From Octopus sinensis (Eukaryota), in contig NC_043017.1 of assembly GCF_006345805.1 (NCBI RefSeq), positions 21,018,001-21,082,000 of the forward strand: a stretch of DNA of 64,000 nucleotides, in the 5' to 3' direction. Positions 35,650 through 49,720 of this stretch are shown piece after piece. Under the pieces are notes generated by a model that saw nothing but the letters and a program-made list of their open reading frames with translations, was not told where the DNA came from and did no database searches. Position 1 is the stretch's first letter. Each line of letters starts with the position of its first letter. The position numbers and the translations under genes were made by a program.

Positions 35650-36095
35650 GAGCATGCCAGTACTTATTCTATTGGTCTCTTTTGCTAAACCACTAAGTTA
35701 CAGGAACGTAAACACACCAGCATTGGTTGTCAAGTGATGTTGGGGCGACAAACACACACACAACAGATTTCTTTCAGTTTCCATCTACTGAATCCACTCA
35801 CAAGCTTTTGCTTAGCCTGAGGCTGTCGTAGAATATACTTACCCAAGGTGCCACCTAGTGGGACTGAACCCAGAACCAGGTGATTGGTAAGCAAGCTACT
35901 TACTACACAGCCACTCCTACACCTATGTATATATTCACCAGACTTCTTTCAATTTCTCTCTACTAATTCACTCATAAGGCTTTGGTCAGTTTGAGGCTAT
36001 AGTAGGAGACACTTGCCGAAGATGGTACACAATGGGACTGAACCCAAGACCATATGGTTGAGAAGCAAGCTTCTTTACCCATACAGCCATGCTCA
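35650..36095 (-). mobile_element. Two decayed family A SINE copies
   Basis: Heads end near 35918 and 36095. Confidence 0.8.
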
Positions 36096-36400
36096 TAACA
36101 AATATCAAAATGAATGTAGAATGAAGAATTGATGTGTAGAATAAAGGGATATTGGTCCCTTGTAGATCTAATAGGAAACGGTTCCTGGTGTGGTCTGCAT
36201 ACAATGTTCATCAAAGACCAAAGACATCTATTTTGCTACGTATGTTGACTGAATTTCTCCATCCTTCACACAGATACACACACATACAGAAATACATATG
36301 CACACACACACATGCATGCATGCATACATACATACGTACGTACGTACGTACATACGTACATACATACATACATACATACATACATACATACATACATACA

Positions 36401-36891
36401 TGATTTTGGATAGAGAAGAGAAACTGTTTTACAGTTATGGAAATTAGCTGCCCAACAGATGTTAACATAAAGCTGAAGATCAATGTAAAAGAGAATACCT
36501 ATGCTGAACTATAGAAAAATCTGCAGTTATTCTATCCAAATTACAAGTTCAGGCTTATACCTGTAATTACTGAGGCCCTGGGATATGTAACACACTGCCT
36601 AAATACCAATCTTGAGAAACTAAGTTTCTCAAAGTCAGAAAGGAGGAAGCTAATTCGAAGACTACAAATCGAATCGATTACTGGAACAGTAAAAATCTGT
36701 AAAACTTTCCAGAATTTTATCATTTAAGTGTATATGAGCGTGTCTAGATATGCAACTATATGCAAGAGAATACATACATAAAACATACAAATCTGCATGC
36801 ACGTACATACATGCATGCATGCAAGCATGCATGCATACATACATACATACATACATACATACATACATACATACATACAAACATACATACA

Positions 36892-36922
<31 letters not shown>

Positions 36923-37060
36923 GCATACATACAAACAAAAATAGCCTGTTGTTGATGTTGAAATTCCAATGAAGGAGCCTTGGATCTAGGTTAGAAACCG
37001 GTTCTTTCTCTATTGGCAAGAAATTTTGAAATAAACTGAATACATACATACATAGATACA
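36401..37060 (+). mobile_element. RLE non-LTR retrotransposon 3' end embedded in (TACA)n
   Basis: ILDREEKL / TVMEISCPTDVNIKLKINVKENTYAEL*..LIPVITEALGYV..ITGTVKICKTFQNFII* (stop 36725-36727); TACA arrays at both ends and inside the UTR. Confidence 0.82.
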
Positions 37061-37729
37061 TACATAGATACATAGATACTTACATACATACATACATACA
37101 TACACACACATATACATATATATACTATGGGCTTTCTTTTAAGAATTTTCTAGCAGCAGAACTAAAAGAGTTTGAAAGAAATGGAAATCAGTGAATAAAG
37201 TGTGGAATCAATACCAAGACATGGTGCTATTAAAAAGTAACGAATTCATTTTTAAGTCCAATGATTGTATATAAGACAGTTATTAAATATAAATAATAAA
37301 TATACATAATAAAAATGAATAATAAAATTAAGAAATAAATATGGAAAAGATATTGAAACAAAACAACAACTAATAATAGAAAAAAATATGCAAACAATTT
37401 TATAAAAAATAAATACATGCATAAAACATAATAATAATTATATAATACGTAGAAAAATGCAAAAAAAAACAAAGGCAGGAAAGTAAAAAAAAAAATTGTT
37501 CAACAAAATTTTATTGATTAAATTTTGGAAAATTTTATTCTTTTAATAAACGAGACAAAGGGGAAAAAAGAAGAAAAGAAAGAAAGAAGAAGAAGAAGAA
37601 GAAGAAGAAGAAGAAGAGGATGAAGAAACATTAAAAATGATGTTAAAGAGAGAAGTGAAATTTCATTAAAAAAACAATAAAATATGCTAAAATAAAATAA
37701 TAAAAATCTTATATATATACACACATATG

Positions 37730-37760
<31 letters not shown>

Positions 37761-38254
37761 ATGTGTATATGTGTCTGTGCGTGTGTGTATATATGTATCT
37801 GTGTGTGTGTGTATATATATGTGTGTGTGTGTGTATATAAGTGTGTGAGTGTGTGTGTGTGTGTGTGTATATATATATCTCTATATATTATATATATATT
37901 TAGCAAAGTGTTTCCATTTAGCGTCTTTAAACTGCTGTCAGTCGGTTCCAATCTTTTCCGATTCAGAACAGAATGGTAAATTTAAAGAGTTCTCCATGTT
38001 AATGTTTTAACACCGAAAGATTAATGTCTGAAAATTTTAGTGTTGTGAAAGCGGGGATGTGGGACAGGAGTTTTGTGCGGGGTGGGGGTCCTGTGTGCGT
38101 TTGCTGAGTGTTTTTGCATGTGTGTTTTTGTACGTGTTTTTTTGTTTTAGTATTCTTTATTTTATCATTATTTTTCTTTAACTCGTTTCAGTCATTAGAC
38201 TGTGGCCATGCTGGTGCACCACACTGAATCATTTTCTGCTGAATGAATCAACCT

Positions 38255-38472
38255 CTCTTTTACTCTTTTACTTGTTTCAGTCATTTGACTGTGGCCATGC
38301 TGGAGCACTACCTTTAATCGAGCAACTCGACCCTGGGGCTTATTCTTTTGTAAGCCCAGTACTTATTCTATCGGTCTCTTTTGCCGAACCGCTAAGTAAC
38401 GGGGACATAAACACACCAGCATCGGTTGTCAAGCAATGCTATGGGACAAACACAGACACACAAACACACAAA

Positions 38473-38512
<40 letters not shown>

Positions 38513-38679
38513 TACGACGGGCTTCTTTCAGTTTCTGTCTACCAAATCCACTCACAAGGCTTTGGTCGGCCTGAGGCTATAGTAGAAGACACTTGCCCAA
38601 GATTCCACGCAGTGGGATTGAACCCGGAATCATGTGGTTGGTAGACAAACTACTTACCACACCGCCACTCCTGCACCTA
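38255..38679 (-). mobile_element. Full-length SINE family A
   Basis: Tail to head, colinear with other copies. Confidence 0.9.
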
Positions 38680-38761
38680 TTATATTTTTCTATCTATTTT
38701 TTTTTGTAGTACTTATTCTATCAGTTTCTTTTGCTGCACTGCTAAGTTACAGGCATGTGAA

Positions 38762-39080
38762 CACACCGTCTGTTTTCCATGCTGGCATGGGTTTGATGGT
38801 TTGACCGGGGTCTGGGAAGCCAGAAGGCTGCACCAGGCTACAGTCTGATCTGGCAGTGTTTCTACAGCTGGATGCCCTTCCTAATGCCAACCACTCCGTC
38901 AGTGTAGTGGGTGCTTTTTATGTGATTGAACAGGCTTCTTTCAGTTTCCATCTACCAAATCCACTCACAAGGTTTTGGTCAGCTCGAGGCAACAGTAGAA
39001 GACACTTGCCCAATGTGTCATGCAGTGGGATTGAGCCCAGAACCAAGTGGTTCAGAAGCAAGGTGCTTACCACACAGACA
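38762..39080 (-). mobile_element. RTE 3' UTR fragment joined to a family A SINE head
   Basis: 38762-38925 is RTE tail; 38930-39080 is SINE head. Confidence 0.8.
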
Positions 39081-39644
39081 CTTTTTTTATCAATTCTTTT
39101 TCCTGTCAACTTCCACTGTTGGTGGTTCAATAATATATTTCTAACTTGATCACAACCATCCAACAACATTACGGTGATTCCTGTGAAACCAGCAAGAATC
39201 CAAGAATCTCCTCTCACTCCCAAAACCCATAAACACTCAATTCTATTCACAAAAAGAAAAAAAAAAAGTAAAACTAGTAGAGCCAAACTATAAAAAAGGA
39301 AAAAAAACTAAATAATGCAAATAAATGAATAAATATTTAAAAGAGGGAAAAAATTTTATTGTATTATTAGCGTTCTTTAGAAAAATTATGTTTTTCGCAT
39401 AGTTAGTGAGTTTATAATGGCTATCAATAAAAGATAAAAATAAATGCACCTTTAATGAAAAATTAAATAATGACGATGGAGATGATGATAGTAATACTAA
39501 TAATAGTACTAATAAAAAGGAGAGAGCAAAAATCAAAAGAAGTCACTTTACAAAACGCATCAATATTTTTCCCCTCATCTTACCAACAAACCTCTTTCAG
39601 ATTTTATCTGCATCTAGTTAAAAAATATTATGAAATATATATAT

Positions 39645-39698
<54 letters not shown>

Positions 39699-40414
39699 GT
39701 ATGTATGTAAATTTTTTCCTTATAAAATATTAAACGTATATAATTATTTAAAAATCATCATCTTCTTCATCGTTGTCTATTACAGATTAAAGTTAAAACA
39801 TTAAGCAGCCTCTAACTATTTCTTTTACACAGACATAAAATGAAGAAACTATTATTCTAAATCTTCATACCATTTTTACAAATTAGGTACTGATATTATT
39901 TTTCTCTTATTTTTATGGGTTCTTTTTTTTACATTTTTGTCACTGTGCTATTTTTTGTATTTTCTTCTTAATGATTCAATATAAGTGATCAATAATTTAA
40001 CATAGCTAACAGAATAGGTTAAACTTCAAATATATATAATGATATGAATAATATATATATGTATGTATGTATGCGTATATTGTTACAGGACATCACCAAC
40101 AGTAAACAACATCAAGTACAAAAACAAACAAGTTATATACGCATGCAAATACGGAAAGAAATAATGGAAAACAAGACAAGTAATACAAAGAATGCCCCTT
40201 TATCAGTTGTTGGCTGTCTAATCTGCTCTCCATTTCGAGCAATCAACAACAATATGAGTCTTTGAAGACAGTTGCTCCCATAAATACCAAAATAAAATTT
40301 TGGATTTATGGAGGGTCAAAGTTAGGAACAAAAACAGGACAGTGGAGACATACAGGGAAACCGAATGAAAACAAACATGGAGGGTCATTAGACCTGAATG
40401 GGGGGAAAATATAT

Positions 40415-40661
40415 ATATATGCCGGTGGCACGTTAAAAGCACCAACCGATCGTGGCCGATGCCAGACTCCCCTGGCACCTGTGCCGGTGGCAAGTAAAAA
40501 GCACCCACTACACTCGCGGAGTGGTTGGCGTTAGGAAGGGCATCCAGCTGTAGAAACACTACCAGATCAGACTGGAGCCTGATGCAGCCCCTGGCTTCCC
40601 AGACCCCGGTCGAACCGTCCAACCCGTGCTAGCGCGGAAAACGGACGTTAAACGATGATGA

Positions 40662-40668
<7 letters not shown>
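40415..40668 (+). mobile_element. RTE 3' UTR (young) with (GAT)n tail
   Basis: GCCGGTGGCACGTTAAAAGCACC..GGAAGGGCATCCAGCTGTAGAAAC..GGACGTTAAACGATGATGATGAT. Confidence 0.9.
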
Positions 40669-40700
<32 letters not shown>

Positions 40701-41190
40701 CATACACACGCAATATGTTCATCACCATCATCATCATCACCACTACTACTACAACCACTGATCTCTAATATGCTTTGATTTTAATATTTATGATGTGAAA
40801 TAATCAGTGAATTAAATTCTAGATAAATTAAATGTTGGGGTTTTCAATATAAAAATAATATAAGCCCATCATTTTTAACCCCTCTTTCCTATACATCTCC
40901 CCTTTTCTAGTTCTGGTTAAGAAGTTTGCTTCTCACATACATGTTTTGGGGTTCAATCTCACAATAAGGCATCTTGAGCCAGTATCTTTTATTATATCCC
41001 TGGGATATCCAAATCTTTGTGAAGAGACTTGATAGATGGAAACTGATAGAAACCCATCATATGTATGTTTGTACGTACACATGTGACTGTTTGTTTTTAC
41101 CGTTGCCTTGAAATCATGTGATTGCTGTAAACGAGTGGCACTGTTGTACAAGTGGCATCAATCACTTCCAGTTTTCCATGAAAATATGTC

Positions 41191-41795
41191 TTTACTCTTT
41201 TACTTGTTTCAGTCATTTGACTGCGGCCATGCTGGAGCACCGCCTTTAGTCAAGCAAATCGACCCCAGGACTTATTCTTTGGAAGCCTAGTACTTATTCT
41301 ATCAGTCTCTTTTGCTGAACCACTAAGTTACAGGGATGTAAACACACCACCATCGGTTGTCAAGCGATGTTAGGGGCACAAACACAGACACACAAACATA
41401 CACACACACATACATATCTCTCTCTAACCGCTCAGTAGAAGTTGACTCTCGGTCACTCGTTGGATCAGTGTCCTCCAGTCAGTTCTATCCAGGGCCACTT
41501 CTTTCAGATTGGCTATGTCCATTCCAGTATCACTCTTGGTGGTATCAATCCAGCAGGTTCTTGGTCAGCCTCTTCCTCTCTTGCCACTGACCATTCCGAG
41601 CATGATGTCCTTCTCCAGGGATTTTCTCCGCATAATATGACCAAAATATGCCAATCTCTCTGTCTCTCTCTCTATATATATATACATGTATACGACGAGC
41701 TTCTTTCAGTTTCCGTCTACTAAATCCACTCACAAGGCTATAGCAGAAGATACTTGCTCAAGGTGCCAGACAGTGGGAATGAACCTGGAACCATG
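41191..41795 (-). mobile_element. SINE family A interrupted by a BovB-like fragment
   Basis: Body 41191-41415, head 41685-41795. Confidence 0.82.
41421..41657 (-). mobile_element. RTE-BovB-like LINE 3' end
   Basis: RLAYFGHIMRRKSLEKDIMLGMVSGKRGRG*PRTCWIDTTKSDTGMDIANLKEVALDRTDWRTLIQRVTESQLLLSG*. Confidence 0.85.
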
Positions 41796-42254
41796 TAATT
41801 GGTAAAATTTTACCTCGCTTGGATGGGCAACTGTCCACAGAAAATCTGTCTCATTGAGTCCTTTCTGACCTATGAAAGCCTGGAAAAGTAGAGAGTAAAA
41901 TAGCAACAATAATGATGAGGAGGATGGTGATCCTGCAGCATGACCACCAGTGGCTATAAAGAATAAGATGCTGTGTTAGCTAAGTCATGAGAGAGTAGAG
42001 GACTATGCCTGGCGGCCTTTGCTCTGATCCTCTGAGACCTGATTTCAAATCTTACCAAAGTAAGTTTTATCCTCTCGGGGGTTCATGAATGAAATGTTGA
42101 TCGAGGACGGAGGATTGGTGGAATTTGTTAAAGCGTCAAAGGAGATGCTCTTCACAGCATCCGTTCCAGGTCTTGGCATTATGAGTTCAAATTCTCCTTG
42201 CCTTACTGGAATCCTGTCAATGGTGAAGTGGCTGCATCGTGTTGATATTGAGGA

Positions 42255-42880
42255 ATTATCACTACCACCACCATCATCATCACTACAAGTATCATCACCA
42301 TCATCATTGTCATCATCATCACCACCATGGCCACCACAACCACCACCATCATTTCCACTGTTACCATCATTTTCATCACCACCACCATCACCACCACCAT
42401 GGCCACCACAACCACCACAATCATTCCCACTGTTACCAACATTTTCATCACCATCACCATCACCATGGCCACCACAACCACCATGGCCACCACAACCACC
42501 ACCATCATTCCCACTGTTACCATCGTTTTCATCACCACCACCACCACCACACCATCATCACCACCAGTCATCATCATCACTACCACCACCACCACCATTG
42601 TCATCATCACCACCATTATCACCATCGTCACTGCCATTATCATCATCATCACCACCATCATAACCACTATCCACCCCATCATCCACACCACCACCACCAC
42701 CACCACCACCACCACCATCATCACCACCAGTCATCATCATCACTACCACCACCACCACCATTGTCATCATCACCACCATTATCACCATCGTCACTGCCAT
42801 TATCATCATCATCACCACCATCATAACCACTATCCACCCCATCATCCACACCACCACCACCACCACCACCACCATTATTT
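42255..42880. repeat. (CAC/CAT)n minisatellite with internal ~160 bp duplication
   Basis: CATCACCACCAGTCATCATC...CCACTATCCACCCCATCATCCAC occurs near 42555 and 42718. Confidence 0.92.
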
Positions 42881-43611
42881 CCTTACTGCTTTCCATGCTG
42901 GTATGGGTGGGTCTGTGAAAATAACAAAAAAAAACCCCACAAAAAAACAACAACAACAACAACAACAAAAAAAACCCACACACTACATAACCTCTTGGCT
43001 GTTTAATGGAAATGTTTTTATCTTTAGTATCCATTCTTCCATGCTTGGAATGCTGGAGTGGTTTTTATTGCAGCGACTGCTATTTATTTTCTTATGGTTA
43101 GATGTCAACCACTCAACCGTGAAAAGAGGAGGCGCAGATTTCATTTATTTATTTATTTATTTATTCATTCTATCATGCAGAAAAATTGGAGTAAAGAGAA
43201 TTATCTGGTTTGTGTCAGAGAAAGAGAAAGAGTGAGAGAGGGAGGGAGGGAGGGAGGGAGAGAGAGAGTGTGAGAGAGAGTGTGTGAGAGAGAGGGAGGG
43301 AGGGAGAGAAAATAGTACAATTGTTGCAATAAGATTTGACCTCGTGATCAAGAATGAGGTTAAGGAGTCCAGCGTTTCGGTCTTGGGAACTTGGCAGACT
43401 TGGAACTTGAGTGCCATTTCATCCATCGATGCATTCAGGCCACCCTATCTGTCCTTTGTCTGTCTGTCTGTCTATTTATCTGTCTGTCTGTCTGTTTGTC
43501 TGTCTTTGTTTTAGTTGTTTCAGTCATGAGACTGCAGCCATGCTGGGGCACCGTGGGACATCACCATGAAGAATTTTAGTTGAATGAATCGACCCATGTA
43601 CTTACTCTCAT

Positions 43612-43826
43612 TTACTCTTTTACTTGTTTCAGTCATTTGACCGCGGCCATGCTGGAGCACTGCCTTTTAGTTGAGCAACTCGACCCCGGGACTTATTCTT
43701 TGTAAGCCCAGTACTTATACTATCGGTCTCTTTTTGCCGAACCGCTAAGTAACGGGGACATAAACACACCAGCATCAGTTGTCAAGCAATGCTAGGGGGA
43801 CAAACACAGACACACAAACACACACA

Positions 43827-43872
<46 letters not shown>

Positions 43873-44330
43873 CATATATACAATGGGCTTCTTTCAGTTT
43901 CCGTCTACCAAATCCACTCACAAGGCTTTGGTCGGCCCGAGGCTATAGTAGAAGACACTTGCCCAAGGTGCCACACAGTGGGACTGAACCCGGAACCATG
44001 TGGTTGGTAAGCAAGCTACTTATCACACAGCCACTCCTGCGCCTACTTATTTTTAATTTTTTTTTTTGAAGTCTAATACTGATCTGTACCTTAGCAGTTT
44101 GCCAAACCGCTAAGTTATGGTGTCATAAACACACCAACACTGGTTATCAAGTGGTGGTTGGGAACACACACACACACAATGAGTTTCTTTCAGGTTCTGC
44201 CTACCAAATCCACTCACAAGTCTTGACCTGAGACTACAGTAGAATATACTTTCCCAAGATACCAGTCATGCAGTAGGACTGAACCCAGAAACATGTGGTT
44301 GAGAAAGAAGATTCCTACCACACATACCTG
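43612..44330 (-). mobile_element. Young full-length family A SINE (43612-44045) plus an older copy (44090-44330)
   Basis: Near-identical to 10530-10925. Confidence 0.88.
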
Positions 44331-44732
44331 CTCCAGTCTATTTTTTTTCCTTATCAATAATCAGCAGAAGTTAATGAGTGACTCAATGGCCAAGGGTTTC
44401 ATGCAGTGGGACACATCAATGTATGAAACTCTCAGCCCATGAGTCACTCTATAAAGGTGAAAATAGGTAAAGTTACCTTCTCTAAGTTATACTGACTCAC
44501 AAGGGCCAGTTTTCTGCTTTTATGGCGTATACTGTTGAAATCCAATGTCCAACTGTTGTAATGCCCACTCTGGTGTAGCACTATAGTTAGTTAGACAAGT
44601 AAAGAAATGACTATCTGTGACTGACTTTGCCAACTTCTCAACCTCTTGACTTCCTACATCACATTATTTGTAATGACTAGCACATACTACTCATCACATG
44701 GAAGGGGTGTTCCATTATTATCAATATTATTA

Positions 44733-44765
<33 letters not shown>

Positions 44766-44789
44766 TCCCCATAACATATATATTCCCCA

Positions 44790-45360
44790 CCTGGACAGGA
44801 GATCAAGCCGTCAAAGGATAACTCATTTTTGCCAGCTGAGTGGACCGGAGCAATGTGAAACAAAGAGTTTTGCTCAAGAAAACAGCATATTGCACACTCC
44901 AGGAATAGAAACTACAATCTTATTATCATGAGTCCAATACCATAACCCCAAAGCCATGTTCCTCCACAATGTAAAGGTAAAGTAACCTTCTCAAGTTGTG
45001 CCGACTCCTAAGGACTAGTTTCCTGGTTTCCATGACATATGAATTCCCCACCTGGATGGGACACCAGTCCTTTTCAGTTTTACTCCTTTTTGCTAGCTGA
45101 GTGGACTGGAGTAAAGTGAAATGAAGTGCTTTGCTCAAGAACACAACATATCACCCAGTCCAGGAATTGAAACCACAATTCCCTGGATGGGACACTGATC
45201 CATCACAGGGTGGCTCTTTTCTGCGAGCTGAGTGGACTGGAGCAAAGTGAAAATAAAGTGTCTTGCTCAAGAACACAATATGTTGTCCAATCTAAGAATA
45301 AGATAAGCACTTGAGTTGAGAAAAAAATCATTCAAGAAGGTGGTATTCCAGCATGGCCAC
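44790..45360 (-). mobile_element. Stack of CORE-SINE fragments
   Basis: Three GCTGAGTGGAC.GGAG.AA.GTGAAA...TTGCTCAAGAA segments near 44835, 45095 and 45225. Confidence 0.75.
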
Positions 45361-45571
45361 AGCGTATTGAGTAAAACTAATTAAAGAATAAACTCTGGTA
45401 ATGATTTCCAGAAATTACCATCAACTGCACAGTGAGATAGCTCTGCCTGTCTCGGTCACTTTCCCTCCTCCTCCTCCTCCTCATCATCATCATCCTCATC
45501 ATCATCGTTGTCTTTCTCGTACCCCCCTCTCTCTCATGAAGTTATGTATTTCTCTTTACTGAAATTATTCA

Positions 45572-45712
45572 CCCTGCTGAGGTCGACTTTGCCTTTCATC
45601 CTTTCGGGGTTGATAAATTGAGTACCAGTTGCATACTGGGGTCGATATAATCAACTGGCCCCCTCCTCCCACAAAATTTCAGGCCTTGTGCCTAAAGGAG
45701 AAAAGAAATTAT
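45572..45712 (+). mobile_element. SINE family B, 5'-truncated
   Basis: GAGGTCGACTTTGCCTTTCATCCTTTCGGGG..CAGGCCTTGTGCC. Confidence 0.85.
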
Positions 45713-45759
45713 TCACCCTGTTATTTCTTTGTGCCTTTCTTACCTTCTGTCCTTCGCTT

Positions 45760-46310
45760 TCTCTCTCACCCTCTGTCTGCTTTTCTGTCTCTCTCTCTCC
45801 CTCTTCCTCTCTCTTCCAATCTCATCACACTTTCTCTCTATCTAACTCTTTCTTCATCTGTCGCTCTCCTAACATTTTTCTGCCTCCACATTTGACTTTA
45901 TCAACTTCTTTCTTTCACTCTCTCTCTCTCCCACTAGTTTTTAAAAATCTCTCTTTTTCTCTCTCTCTTACTCCCAATCTCACACTCTCCCTCTTTGCCT
46001 CTATCTCTCACTCTCCTTCTCTCTAACTCTCCTTTCCTCTCACTGTCTGTCTGTCTGTCTATCTATCTATCTCTTTTTTTGCCCTGCCTCTATCTTTTCT
46101 GCATCTCAGGATCTTATTTTATCAGCCTGGCTCTCTCTCCCTTTCACTCTTTCTCTCTCTCTATTTCTCACTTCCAAACTTTCTCTCTCTCTCCCCATCT
46201 CATTTCTTTGCTCATGTTCCACACCCACTCTGTCCCTCTCTCTCTCTCCCTCTCTCTGTCTAACTCTCCCTCTGTCAGTCTGTCCCTTTTTTCTTTCTAT
46301 CACTATCTCC
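45760..46310. repeat. Polypyrimidine (CT)-rich tract
   Basis: Directly visible. Confidence 0.9.
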
Positions 46311-46544
46311 CCCCCCCATCAAATTTGACAATGTACAACAAACAGCATCTGATTTTTTTGTTTTAATTTACTCCCCATCCCCTCCACTAATCTCTCATTA
46401 AACTAATTGCTGATCCATGGTTTAATTACTAATTATTCCCATCACTGAACTTCAATAAAAAAATGCTGTAATATCATACACGATGTCCTCAAAATGTCCT
46501 TATATTCTTCACAAAATAGATTTTGGCTAAATCTTCAGTTTTTG

Positions 46545-46807
46545 GTTCTTTTACTCTTTTACTTGTTTCAGCAGTTTGACTGTGGCCATGCTGGAGCACC
46601 GCCTTGAAGGGTTTTAGTCGAACAAACTGACCTCAGGACTCATTTCTTAAGCCTGATAATTATTCTATTGATCTCTTTTCCCGAACTGCTAGGTTATGGG
46701 GGGGAGGCGGCAAATACACCAAGACTGGTTGTGATGCAGTGATAGGGGGGGGGAACGAACACAGACACAAAGACTCACACACACACATACACACACACAC
46801 ACACACA

Positions 46808-46848
<41 letters not shown>

Positions 46849-46987
46849 GCACATATAATTGGTTTCTTTCAGCTTCCATCTACCAAATCCACTCACAAGG
46901 CTAAGGCTATAGCAGAAGACACTTGCCCACGGTGCCATGCAGTGGGACTGAACCTGGAACCATGTGGTTGGAAAGTAAGCTTCTTAC
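46545..46987 (-). mobile_element. SINE family A
   Basis: Tail to head with internal (CA)n. Confidence 0.85.
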
Positions 46988-47202
46988 TATTTATATAGGT
47001 TAATTTGATTGAGTTAAGAAAACTCATTCAAGAATGTGGTTTCCCTACTATGGCTGCAGGCTAATGAATAAATCTAATTAAAAAATAAACTTCAACATCT
47101 GACCACATCTGACCTATCTCACTGAGCCTACAATGTCATTCTAAAAATAAACAGTCATTATCTCTTAGATACAAGATAATTCAAGATTAATTCAAAATAT
47201 TC

Positions 47203-47540
47203 ATCATCATCATCATCATCGTTTAACGTCCGTTCTCCATGCTAGCATGGGTTGGACGGTTCGACCGGGGATCTGGGAAGCCAGAAGGCTGCACCAGGCT
47301 CCGGTCTGATCTGGCAATGTTTCTACAGCTGGATGCCCTTCCTAACGCCAACCACTCCGTGAGTGTAGTGGGTGCTTTTTACGTGCCACCTGCACCAGGT
47401 GCCAGGCGAGGCTGGCATCGGCCACGGTCGGATTGGTGCATTTTACGTGCCACCTGCACGGAAGCCAGTCGAGGCGGCACTGGCTTCGGCCATGATTCGG
47501 ATGGTGCCTTTTACGTGCCACCGACACGGAAGCCAGTATT
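47203..47540 (-). mobile_element. Young RTE 3' UTR copy
   Basis: Nearly identical to 7779-8090. Confidence 0.9.
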
Positions 47541-48371
47541 GTGAGTAAATAAACATTACGATTGACAGATAAATGTGGATGCTGCAGAGTTTAAGATGTC
47601 TATGGGCAACACCCTGAGAACAAGGTGAGGATTATATTTTCTGATGGGAGAAAAGGTCGTTTGAAGGTGTTGGGCTTTTATCAACCCACATGATTATATT
47701 AAGCGTGTGATGTTTCCCATAAAAATGCTACCATGTAGCATATTTAGTTACACTGAAGAAATACATGTTAAATAGAAAGTCGGCTTCAATGAAAATGACT
47801 GTGCGTGTGCGTGTGTGTGTGAGTGAATATGTATATATGTGTGTTTGTGGATGCTTGATAATGAAGGAAATATTGATGCGTGTGCCTGCGTGCATTTGTG
47901 TATGCACGTGTATGGCTATATATATGTGTGTGTGTGTACAAAGCATTATAATTATGTATATTGAATTTACATATGCTATATGTGTGCATGCATATGTGTG
48001 TGCGTGTGTGTACTGGAGTATTTATGCAACAGGTATGTGTGCATGTATATGTGTGTTTGTGAGTGTGTTTGTGTTTGTGTGTATGCAAGTATGTAAGTAT
48101 ATGTGTGTGCTTGTGCGTTTGTATATATATATATATAGATATATATATATATGTACTTATATTTATATATGTATGTATGTATATATAAATATATATGCTT
48201 GTGTGAGTATATATATGTGTATGTGTGTGTATATATATATATATATATAGATGGATATATATATGTATGTATATACATGCATGTACAGGTATAAGTGTGT
48301 GTGCATGTTTATCTTTGTATGTGTGTGTATTACCACAGACAACTTCATAGACCCACATTAACAGATAAACT

Positions 48372-48404
<33 letters not shown>

Positions 48405-49058
48405 AACAATATATATATATGTGTGTATATATATATATATATATGTATGTATTTTTTTTTTTTGAAAATGCGTGTAAGAATTTATTATGCTAGAGTGTCA
48501 AGGATGTACATAAAATGGTGTGAGGATGTATATATAATAATGTAAGGATGTATATATAATGAATGTTTGTAAGTCAATTACTTTGTGTTTACCTATGAAT
48601 AGTAACAAACAGAGCCAAGCACAGGGAATCTTCAAAAGATGTTTCATCTCATCGCGGGCGATTTGAATAATATGGGAAGAAATGAAAGATGAAGATTAAC
48701 GTAAAGGAACCATATCTATGAGCTTTGGATTTTTTTGACTTCAAAGAGAATATCGATAATGTCTTTTTATAAAAATTTTAATGTGCAGACAAACACACAC
48801 ATATATATATGTGTGTATATATATGCATGCATATAAGTGCGTGTGTTTGTTTGCATAAATAAAAATATTTTGAAAGTGGTGACGAAAAAATGTAACTCGC
48901 ATATGTGTGCTTGCTTATGGGATTGTGTGTGTGTGGTATATGTATATACATGTGTGTGTGTGTGTGTATGTGTGTGTGTGCATATATATATGTTAATGTA
49001 TATATGCGTAAATATATGTACATATACAAGTATGCTTATAGACACATTTGTGTGTGTG

Positions 49059-49094
<36 letters not shown>

Positions 49095-49337
49095 TCATAT
49101 ACATACACATGTGCAAATACTCATACATGTTTGTATAGGTACTTATGTGCATACATATGCATACATATATTAAAAAACATATTTATGAATGTATATGCAT
49201 GTATGTTATATTTGTATGCGTGTGAGTATTACAAAAAATAAGTACGTGTAAACATATATACATATATACGTATATATATATATGTATTTGTATATGCACA
49301 CACCTGTTGACTGTAGATCTATGAACATACATACCCT

Positions 49338-49397
<60 letters not shown>

Positions 49398-49569
49398 GTA
49401 CGCATCTCTGCATAAATACACATTAATCTGCGTAAATATGCCTCCATAATATATTAAAGAAAGGATTAAAAAAATTCAAAGAAACAAACACTTTTACTCA
49501 CACAAGTACACACTGACACAAACACACATATACCTTCAGGTACACGTACACATTTATGGACACACCTGT

Positions 49570-49720
49570 ATAATGAAGTCAGGTAGGAGTTCCAAAGCTA
49601 TTGGATGTCATGGGGAAAGGCTTTTGAGTATGAAGATTTAGAAAAATCTAAGGAACCAACCAAACATTTCCATGCTTGGCATCAAATATAACAAAGATGG
49701 TGAATAATTATCGGCACATT
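49570..49720 (-). mobile_element. Possible highly decayed L2/CR1 C-terminal remnant
   Basis: Reverse CCTTTCCCCATGACATCCAATAGCTTTGGAACTCCTACCTG resembles codons for FFP.TS.LWNSLP, with frameshifts. Confidence 0.3.

Noticed and set aside
37230-37720. Very AT-rich stretch resembling mitochondrial DNA (NUMT)
   Set aside because: No recognisable mitochondrial gene, tRNA or rRNA motif; consistent with A-rich low complexity.
39572-39601. Possible 30-nt minus-strand exon (MQIKSERGLL) and a 9-nt plus-strand candidate at 37967-37975
   Set aside because: Splice signals are only moderate and they cannot be joined in frame to other candidates.
42085-43235. His-, Pro- and Thr-rich ORFs up to 302 aa resembling cephalopod His-rich beak proteins or mucins
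   Set aside because: All frames on both strands are open because the DNA is (CAC/CAT)n; no signal peptide, splice context or GHG-type motifs.
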